Shown here: piece by piece, positions 54,181 to 64,000 of the stretch
How the letters are laid out: each line of letters begins with the position of its first letter
Position numbering within the stretch: position 1 is the first letter of the stretch
Assembly: GCF_006345805.1 (NCBI RefSeq)
Contig: NC_043001.1
Span: 46,500,001-46,564,000 of the forward strand
Direction of reading: 5' to 3'
Length of the DNA: 64,000 bases
Source of the DNA: Octopus sinensis
Lineage: Eukaryota
Translations under genes and position numbers: made by a program
Notes under the pieces: generated by a model
Seen by the model: the letters and a program-made list of their open reading frames with translations, nothing else
Database searches by the model: none
Told to the model about the DNA's origin: nothing

Positions 54181-54315
54181 ACTAATGGGTGTATGTCGAT
54201 TAGTGTGTTAAAGTGTTGAGTAGAGCTCTGGCACAGTTTGGGGTACCTAACGTCATTCACAGTCGGGGTATGTTTCCGTTGGATCTACTTCAGGAATTCT
54301 ACAGTCATAGTTGAG

Positions 54316-54383
<68 letters not shown>

Positions 54384-54386
<3 letters not shown>

Positions 54387-54520
54387 TTCTTAAGTAACGA
54401 GATGGATTTGGTTTTAATCTTTATTTTATACAACGGGGGTTGTAAAATCTTGATTTTGTGCAAACAACCGTTGTACAAAATAAAGATTAATACCAAATCC
54501 ATCTCGTTACTTAAGAAATT
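54384..54520. repeat. ~137-bp hairpin (MITE-like) within TAA/TTA repeats
   Basis: AATTTCTTAAGTAACGAGATGGATTTGG.. is inverted at 54464-54520. Confidence 0.85.
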
Positions 54521-54798
54521 ACTATTATTATCATCATCATCATTATTATATGTGTGTGCATGCATGTGAATGTGTGCATATAAAGACATGAGTGAATGTG
54601 CTCATTGTCCCCTAAATAGGAGTCATTTAACTATATTCTGTATAAGAAATCCCAAGATGCTAATAGGACACATAATACACGCACACAAACGCATACACAT
54701 ATACAATCATACAAACACAGACACACACAGATTACAATGCGTAGTGTGTGTCTGGGTGTGAAATCTTATACTGCGGTCGTTTCTCCTTTCACTGTCAG

Positions 54799-54991
54799 AA
54801 ACACCAATATCACAACCATGTGAATGACGACGGCGACGACGACGGGAGAAACCTCCCTCACCCCACCCCCACTATTCTAACTTCTCACAAATGCCCCAAC
54901 TACACATCCTACACTCCACTCGTCCCCCCCTCACTCCCACCTCGCTACAACCACTGTCAACACAACGCAACAGTCTTTTTATTCAAAGCCG
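54799..54991 (+). CDS. Candidate low-complexity exon (phase 0 to 1)
   Basis: Acceptor tttctcctttcactgtcag, donor GCCG|gtaaat; open in ORF 54748-55005. Confidence 0.3.
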
Positions 54992-55099
54992 GTAAATACA
55001 TCTAACACTTTTGTTTTAATAAGTTATTAGCAATAACAAACGGAAGCGACTGTAACAAAAACCTCGACACGAATCCAACACCACATTAATTCGCATCAA

Positions 55100-55180
55100 A
55101 TGCCCTATCATTCCCCATTACGACCACTGCCACTACTATTACCACCACCACCACCACCGCACCGCTGCTGCTTTTTCTAC

Positions 55181-55249
<69 letters not shown>

Positions 55250-55405
55250 CACCACCACCACCACCACCACCACCACCGCACCGCTGCTGCATCTTCTACT
55301 ACTGCTGCTGGTGTTGCTGCTGCTGCTGCTGCTACTACTACTACTACTACCACCACCACCACCACCACCGCACCGCTGCTGCATCTTCTACTACTGCTGC
55401 TGCTG

Positions 55406-55448
<43 letters not shown>

Positions 55449-55483
55449 CACCACCACCACCACCGCACCGCTGCTGCTTCTAC

Positions 55484-55555
<72 letters not shown>

Positions 55556-55660
55556 CGCCACCACCACCATCACTACAACTTCTACCGTCCTTATTTGATA
55601 ATCCTTTCATCATCATCATCATCATCATCATCATCGTCGTCGTCGTCGTCGTCGTCGAAG
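55100..55660. repeat. Higher-order compound trinucleotide repeat (CCA/CTG/CTA/CAT/CGT)
   Basis: Spacer GCACCGCTGCTGC recurs four times between triplet runs. Confidence 0.9.
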
Positions 55661-55830
55661 TCACCGTCAGCGTCATCATTGTATTAAAATTACCATCACA
55701 ATAATCATATTTCCTCATCATTCTATCCATTTTGTGGAAAATAAATACTACACTGGCAGCAACTACAGCAGTTGTACCACAACCAAAATCAACAACCACA
55801 GTAGCAACAGAGGAACACAATGGCAAATAA

Positions 55831-56064
55831 AGAAATCTCCCGAAACAAAAAAAAACAAAAATAGCAACGTTTCAACCTCTACTACCCACAAGGAAAAGTC
55901 GCTCCACTAAGCCAACCAATTCACAACCACAAGTCTACAATAATATAAGCACAAGATGCACGTTCGCATGTACCCGTTTCCTACGTCTCAGGCTTCTCCG
56001 GTCCAAGATCTTGTACGACAAGATCAAATCGGCCCATTGCAAGGAGTCACTGACGAGGCGATGA
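55831..56064. other. GC3-rich coding-like island, strand and identity unresolved
   Basis: Open on + (..RCTFACTRFLRLRLLRSKILYDKIKSAHCKESLTRR*) and on - (ORF 55935-56135); similar to 63095-63200. Confidence 0.35.
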
Positions 56065-57039
56065 GAAAATAAACAAAAACAAAAAAAAAAATTGAGCAAT
56101 GTGACGTATGGAAGTTCTACACTATAAAGGTCCAATGCTGGGAAAGAGCGACAGCGTACACGGGGAAACTCTAGTCGTCAACTGGAATTAAGTGACTGCT
56201 CCATTTCAGAGGACTTTCGGCACAAGAAGCAAGGTTTTCATATTATTTTCGCAAAAGATGGCAGAAAATTCTCAAGAAGTAGAAAATTGTGTTTGCGAAA
56301 GTTGAAAGTAGCTTAAACGGAATACCTTTGCTCGTAAATGAAAATATTTGCTGGAATTACCTCTAGGTTAGTGATAATTTTGTTAGTCGATAATTTCATA
56401 TGCATTCTTACATAAAAAAAAAATCAACAATTTAATGTAGTAAGTAGCTCAAATGAAAAATAAATATATTGCGCAGTCCGGAAAAGATGTGTAGCCTGTT
56501 ATATGAGTCTAATCTGGCGACACTGACGGGAACTAAAATAACTTCCAGAAATTACTGATAACTTTCAAAAACACCTTGTCCTGGAAATACTACCGTGGGA
56601 CAGAGCTGGATCTAGAAAAACACTACCGAGCATGTACTTGTTTTTCTCTCATTCATCCAGTTTCTGCGTAAACTTTCCCTACTTCTTGTAACCTATCTTT
56701 GAAATGTTCCCTCATCTACCAAGCACCCTTGTGAAAATACAATAAAAGATTATCTATATTATTATTACGGTCGTGGTGGTTGTCACCATTATCCTCGTCA
56801 TGGTTATTGTTATCTCCTATGTCATCGTTTATTTTTATAAGTTATTCAATTAGGGAATAAGCTTATAAGGTCGTGCCAACTCACTTCCGGTTCATCTACC
56901 GCTACAATCACTTTCTTGTTGCTCTATGTTGGTGATATAAGCGACTTTATCACACGCTCCACGCATAAACAGTTTTGGTTTATGTTGGTTTTTCTTTTTC
57001 ATCACATTTGTCCTTTTTTTGTTTTTTGTTTTTTGTTGT

Positions 57040-58000
57040 TGTTCTTTTTGTCAGAGGGAAGAACATATGCCCTTGATTTTCACTGGCTCATGACTGGTGG
57101 GAGTGATAGAATTGACGTTCAGTTTGAATGTCTGTATGTCGACGCTTGCAGGAGGGAGGGAAAAAAGGTGGATTTACAGTTCAGGGTGAAAGAAAGAACT
57201 GAGTAAAGTGATTAGCGCAGTTCTTGGCGCTCGCAAGACACAGCAGTATAAGTAACGAGCGGAAGACACACAGATATTTTGCCTGTTTATGTTGTTTAGC
57301 CCTGGGTCAGTCATGATGGAGCAGATTATGATCAAAGTTATTCCAGCCATAACCTTTAAATGTGTTATTGATACAATGCATTTAGACTGCATTATCACTT
57401 GACATTTGCTGAGATGGTAGGGTACAATTTGAGAGGAATTTGGTTGCTTTTTCTAGTAATTTGAGTGATCCCGCTCATATTCATAAAATCGTAGATTCAG
57501 TTTCTGAACTGGGTGGCGCGATGTATTGTTGGTCATGACACTTCATTTCACGTTGATCCAGTTTGCTTCAGATGTAACGAGTACCAGCTGGGTGGTGATG
57601 CAGCTCCTTCTCCCTCTAACTGTCTCATCCTGGATGCTCGTTGGGCCAAAGTTGAGTGGGTAGACACCGTGTTTATGTCTGTTCGCGATAACATTGACAT
57701 CTTAAACAATTAACGCAAGCATATTACTTGTTACCAAGTTAGGCTCGCTTTTGAGTGATGGCTGTACAATATTTGTTGAGTAATTGTGTAGAGCGTCCCT
57801 CGTTAGGTCGAGTGTACGAATAAGCCTGGACGTAGGTGGTGGTATGCAACTAAAATGCTTAGAGAAACAGTGACCGTCGTATTAGCGGTAGGAAGAAACA
57901 GAAAGGAGACATCTTGTCTGTAATCTAATGGTTAAAAAATGTTAGATTGCATCACAGCCAGTCATTTGGGTGGCCATCATTTGGATTTATTTTGGGGTGT
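57040..58000 (+). mobile_element. Possible old L1/Tx1-type ORF2 3' remnant
   Basis: Raised GC; C-x8-H-x4-C pattern (RCIVGHDTSFHVDPVC) near 57520-57570; heavily degenerate. Confidence 0.25.
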
Positions 58001-58291
58001 TTTTGGTGCATAATAAATAGTGGCAGCACCGTCCCAGATGTAGGATGTCAGAGAATCCGTAAAGTGACCAATAAAATACCTTGTGATATCTAGTTACTTA
58101 TCTATACGTTCCAAGTTCAAATCCTCTCGGGGGTCAACTTTGCTTTCATTCTTTCTGAGTCAACTGAAGAAAGAACCAGTTACGTATAAGGTATCGATAT
58201 GATCGATACCTCCTCCTTCGCACGCCCACGAATACACATACAATTTGTTGGACTGTGCCCTTAACAGAAATCATCATCATCATCATCATCA

Positions 58292-58322
<31 letters not shown>

Positions 58323-58534
58323 CATCAGCAGCAGCAGCAGAAAGCTGGATAGTAGAATCAGTGAAGTGATGAACACAATCTCTTGTGATATTATGTCTCT
58401 TCAAGTACAGAGTTAAAATCCCGCTGGGTTTTACATTATCAACTAGATTCTTTTCCAAAATCTGTGGCTTAGTACACCATTGATGGAAATATGCACAAAT
58501 ATGATTTCAAATTTTAACACATGGCCAGCGATTT

Positions 58535-58935
58535 CGTGGCAAGAAGTAAGTCGATTGCATCGACCCCAGTGCTCAACTGGTATTTATTTTATAGTCTCCG
58601 AAAGGATGAGAAGCAAAGTCGATCTAGGCGGAATTCGAACTCAGAGCGTAAAGCCTGACGAAATACTGCTAAGCATCTTGTCCGGCTTGCTAACGATTCT
58701 GCCAGCTCGCCGCCTTAAATAGTATCACTGATATGGTTTCAAGGCCAACAATTCGGGGTGAATGTAAGTCAATTACATCTACCCAGTGATCAACTGGTAT
58801 TTATATAATTGTTCACAAAAGGATGAAAAGCAAAGTGGCCTCGGCGGAATTTGAACTCAGAACGTAAAGACGGACGAAATGTCGCTAAGCATTTTGCCCG
58901 GTCTGTTAACGATTCTGCCAGCTCACCGCCTTAAG
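58535..58935 (-). mobile_element. Two SINE family A copies
   Basis: Reverse complement of the family A head and body. Confidence 0.85.
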
Positions 58936-60214
58936 TGGTAGCACTAATATAACATATAAAATATAAAATATACAACTCAGTTACAGAAAGAAAATATTAG
59001 AACCTATTAAAAAATACATATATATAAAAGGAAAACAGTAAAAAAAGAAGGCGGCTAACAATACCGAACAAACAGACACACACGGAGAAAAATAACAACT
59101 TTGTGTCAAATAACAGTGATAATATTGACTTAAATATTCGAACCAAAAAGGCAAACAGCAGCAATAGCAATAACAACACTCCTCACATAATCTTTGTTAA
59201 ATAAAACAAGCGATGAAAATTTTAGTGAAGGAGTAGTTTTGTGTTGTGCAAACATAAATTCCAATTGATGAATGCTAAACATGGAATATTTCTACGAAAG
59301 AAGACCACCTGGCAGACTTATATTGTAAAAACAGTGCATTTCCCCGTAATGTTGTTACACAACGCATAAGAGAGAAAGAAGGTGATCTAGCTGAGTATTG
59401 CTAAGACTGCAGAGGGTTTTATTGTGCTCTCTAAAAGAAGAACTGGGGGAAGCATTCACCCACGTGCAGTGATGTCTTATAAAACGAAAGAGGGAAGACA
59501 TAACATATGTTCATTTTTATTTTTAACTGAAGAGGTGGCAAATTCCCATCTGCCTAAAGACTAGTATCACGGTATTTGGGACGACAGGACACGAGCGTCG
59601 CCATGAAAAGCATCAATGACAATGTTGATCCCCATTGGCTCGTGGTCACCTTGGGAAGCTGGTCACCGCTGACGGGATTTTGGGTGATATGTGGTCAATG
59701 GGGTCGCTCTGGAAAATGCAAGTCCTCATGACTCCACAAGACAACAAAATGATTGCTGAGTTGTTCTCTGTAATGGGTACCGAAAGAAAAGCTTGAGGCA
59801 GGATCGTTGAGAATAGAAAGGCCAGCTACTACACAAGTGGAACGAAAATACATTGCAGGGCCTTCGGTCCAGTAGAGATGGAAAAGCTGGAATGAAAAGG
59901 CAAAAGGAACAGCAGACTGCTGAGGCTACTGTTCTTAGTCTTATGTACCAATAGAATCAACTTTGGCTGCGTTGAAAGAGATCATCTCGTTCTCATTAAT
60001 AAAGAAATAGCGACAAACCATTTCATTAATATGTTGTTTTTTCTTCTTTGTTTTGCGGAGTGAAGGTAAGGGTGGTAATGGTCACTGCCGTCTTGGATAG
60101 TTATCCAAGGGCCTCAAGAATCTAGAGGCCCAATACTATTATATGTATGCTGTGGCGTCGGTTAATAAATATATACTATAAGGGCTCACTGCATTGATTT
60201 GTTTGGTGTCATAT

Positions 60215-60540
60215 AATAACGGTCTCTTAGTCGCTTACGACGCCGAGTGGTCCAATTGATCCAATCAGCGAGACAGCCTCCTCGTGAAATTAGCGTACAT
60301 GTGGCTGAGCACTCCACAAACACGCGTACTCTTAAACGTAGTCCTCAGGGAGAACGATCGTGACACAGAATGTGACAGGGCTGGCCCATTGAAATACAGG
60401 TACTGTTCATTTTTGCTAGCTGAGTGAACTTGAGCAATGTGAAATAAAGTGTCTCGCTCAAGAAACACAAAGCGCAACTAGGAATCGAACTTACGGCCTT
60501 ACAATCGTGAGCCGCGTACTCCAACCACTCATCCACGCTG
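60215..60540 (-). mobile_element. tRNA-derived CORE-like SINE (family D)
   Basis: Minus strand B-box AAGTTCGATTCC and core-like TTCTTGAGCGAGACACTTTATTTC. Confidence 0.8.
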
Positions 60541-60913
60541 GGGTTCTATAATACTTCTAAGATGGCTCTGGTAGCGGCTCGTATTTGTCAGTGTCTGCAC
60601 CTGTGAAATAGCGGGTTGATAGACAAGTGGCACTTCGAGACAGCAAAAGATGCGACCGTCGAACCAGCCTCCAGAGCATATCTCTTTGATGTTTACTTTT
60701 GTAATTCCTGTTCGCTTTTCGTCGAATGTGTACCACAAGTATTATTCTCAAATTCGCGTCACACGCAATATAGCTACTTAAATACTTTCTTATCTTTGCG
60801 ATGTTGTTCGGAAAATCCGAAACTCGAATAATCCAAAGTTCATATAATCAAAGTTTAACTGTACTCACCAAGGAAAGAAAATTGCTACATTCATACATAC
60901 ATACATACATACA

Positions 60914-60949
<36 letters not shown>

Positions 60950-60988
60950 TGTATGTATGTATGTATGTATGTATGTGTATATATATAT

Positions 60989-61121
<133 letters not shown>

Positions 61122-61811
61122 TATATATACACACACATATGTATATATGTATATATAGAAATACATACATACATGCATATGTATGTATTTATGTACGTAT
61201 ATATGTATGTTATATATATATATATGCATATATATATATATACACACACATATGTATATATGTATATATAGAAATACATACATACATGCATATGTATGTA
61301 TTTATGTACGTATGTATGTATGTATATATATATATATGCATATATATATATATATATACACACACAAATATATGTATGTAAATATATCCGTATGTATTTA
61401 GTCAAACTATGAAATTGAGTCCCACGAGGGACTTGTCGCTAACTTTAGACGAGAACAGAAGAGACAACTGGCCAGGAAACGCTCACCTCTCCTCCACCGA
61501 AACTGCCAAGGTTAGTTATTAAGATATAAATAAACATGTACCGAGGCACAAACAAATTTACAAAGTAGAGAGCTGGACAATAATTACTTGAGTACCAATA
61601 CGGTGTGAGTTTACACACACACACACGCACACACAGGAACAACAACAACGACAAAACGCGCGCGCACTGAGTCATAGTGGTACATATTTAATCATACTGT
61701 GAAATTAGATCCCATGAGGCTTTTTTTGCAACAGCTATGAATGAGGATTGAATATATATGATTGCGTACGGGTAATTGCAATTACGCAACACATATATGC
61801 ATTCATATTTT

Positions 61812-61876
<65 letters not shown>

Positions 61877-61969
61877 CACATACAGAAATATATGTATATG
61901 TACATATATATACATATAAATACAAACATATATATACCCTCATATATACATACACACACATATATATAT

Positions 61970-62161
61970 ACAGGAGTGGTTGTGTGGAGGGGCAGGAGTG
62001 ACTGTTTGGTGAGAAACTTGCTTCCCAACCACATGGTTCCGGGTTCATTCCCACTGCGTGACACCTTGGGTAAGTGTCTTCTATAGCCTCGGGTCGACCA
62101 AAGCCTTGTGAGTGGATTTGGTTGACGGAAACTGAAAGAAGCCCGTCGTATATATATATAG

Positions 62162-62200
<39 letters not shown>

Positions 62201-62310
62201 TGTGTCTGTGTCTGTGTCTGTGTCTGTGTTTGTCCCCCGCCCCCCAACATCGCTTACAAACGATGCTGGTGTGTTTACGTCCTCGTAACTTAGCAGTTCG
62301 GCAACAGTTT
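61970..62310 (+). mobile_element. SINE family B
   Basis: GGGTTCATTCCCACTGC head, CACCTTGGGTAAGTGTCTT core-like block, internal (GT)n. Confidence 0.85.
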
Positions 62311-62508
62311 ACAATAACAATTTTCAACAACAGTTTACAATAAATAACAGAGTTTCAACAATAAAGATGACAACTCACAGAGCGCAAAAAAAAAAAAAAA
62401 GAAAAACACGACCGAAGTCTTCAACCGAAAGCAAGCTTCCTTATTCATTATATTGGCCATAAAGGCCTTACATACAGAAAGGCAGCTGCGGGTTGGACAT
62501 AGACATAA

Positions 62509-62906
62509 TCTTTATATATAAAAGTCAAGTTGTGTGTCTGTCTCCTACGATTTAGATTCCTAACTACTCCCACATTTTGCGGTGCAGTTTAACCAAAACC
62601 GGGTATCTTATAGTCGTGATTCATATCGAGCCCTTCTGGGTATTAGCGCGCGTCTAAGATGAGTCTACGATTTAAAAAAAAAATTACCATAATTTTTTTC
62701 CATTTTAATGCATTTTTTCGCTATTATATAAGGGAAGTAACTCTCTAAAAATGTCTACGATGTGTCAACGATTTTTTAAAAAAATTACCATCATTTTTTT
62801 CCCATTTTTAATGCATTTTTTTGCTATCTTTTGGCTATAACTCTCTAAAAATGCTTATATAGTTATTTCCCTTACAAACCTGAGCAACGCCGGGCGATAC
62901 TGCTAG
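62509..62906 (+). mobile_element. Non-autonomous Helitron, 398 bp
   Basis: A|TC 5' end, 3' hairpin CCTGAGCAACGCCGGG, CTAG|T 3' end, no TSD, internal ~90-bp duplication. Confidence 0.88.
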
Positions 62907-63092
62907 TGTTATATGAAATGAAAAATGAAAATGATGATTTAATGAAGGCAACAAGCGACGCCCGCCGATCGCTGTTTACCTGAGAACATTGATTTTTATA
63001 GTACATTCATGAAGCAACAAACCTCTTACATTGTTCAAAATATTCAATAACAAAAACAAAATGAGGCACTAAGCCTCTTAATTTATTTCCAG

Positions 63093-63385
63093 ATTATGAA
63101 CTTTCATGCCCAACCAGGCACCTCGCGTCATTCAAGTACCTGAACGGTGCCAAGTCGGGCCACTTCAACATAAATCTAAATGTATCCTCGAGGAAGGAGT
63201 TCATTACCTTGTACAAGTCGGTCTCCCATAAGACCTCCGCAGCCACCTGCGAAGACCAGCCACGGTCGTCAGTGCAGGATAGAATCCCTTCCCTCCGGCC
63301 TTTCTTTTTAAATTTCTTGAAGTTTTCTAACCGAAGCAAGCTTCTTACCACACAACCACATATGTATATGTATAAACATACATAA
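63093..63385 (+). CDS. Candidate exon (phase 1 start), unknown product; 3' boundary uncertain
   Basis: Acceptor ttaatttatttccag, GC3-rich open frame (D)YELSCPTRHLASFKYLNGAKSGHFNINLNVSSRKEFITLY..; the antisense frame is also open. Confidence 0.4.
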
Positions 63386-63690
63386 ACGCATACATTCATA
63401 CGCATATGTATACTTCAATACATACGGGCATACACAAATGGAACATATATATAACAAACTTAAAGAACTCTATAAAGATCTCAATACTAAAACTGTCTTT
63501 GAGTAACTCTAAACTTACAGTGCTAACCGCTGATTATGTATATAATTACGCACATACAAACGGAAGAGTCAAGGTGCAAGCCATATATACCATGGAGAAA
63601 GTATGGTAATCAATTTAAAACGTAACCTTTACAGGACAAATGGTGTTACATTCATGGCGACTACTGTAACGCATCTAGTTCTATATGAGT

Positions 63691-63744
<54 letters not shown>

Positions 63745-63919
63745 TATGTGTGTGTGTGCTTGTAATTATATATCTATAAGCCTATATTGGGATGAAGTGC
63801 TGAGAATGTATGTATATATGAATACCCGATCGCGCGGTTAAACCATTGGGAGTGAAGGACTCCTAGCATCTGTTAGGGCATCCTTCTAGGAGAGGGTAAC
63901 TCAGGTAACTGGGATAAAA

Positions 63920-64000
63920 GGCGGCGAGCTGGCAGAAACGTTAGCACGCCGGGCGAAATGCTTAGCGGTATTTCGTCTACCGTTACGTTCTGAGTTCAAA
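63920..64000 (+). mobile_element. SINE family A head, truncated by the window end
   Basis: GGCGGCGAGCTGGCAGAAACGTTAGCAC..GAGTTCAAA. Confidence 0.9.

Noticed and set aside
59550-59960. GC-elevated unique segment as a gene or retroelement ORF1
   Set aside because: No long open frame, splice pair or recognisable motif

Overview
AT-rich, repeat-dense eukaryotic DNA, mostly intronic or intergenic. It is most likely octopus/cephalopod (inference from the tRNA-derived SINE families and the very high load of TA, CA, TAA and TACA microsatellites). Almost all listed ORFs are microsatellite translations. Recognisable coding remnants are retroelement or transposon derived: several R4/Dong-like non-LTR elements, Penelope-like RT and GIY-YIG fragments, a CR1/L2 3' end, a dead full-length mariner and a mariner-derived MITE. 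Non-autonomous Helitron and Helentron-like elements and many SINEs are also present. A few candidate exons of an unidentified + strand gene are weakly supported. The most notable signal, folded by eye, is a set of minimal type I hammerhead ribozyme (HHR) motifs. One lies in every unit of a ~392-bp tandem array (non-LTR retrozyme-like). Others lie in foldback palindromes, and together they show all four Watson-Crick combinations at core positions 3-8 (C-G, U-A, G-C, A-U). No activity, expression or database match could be tested here.
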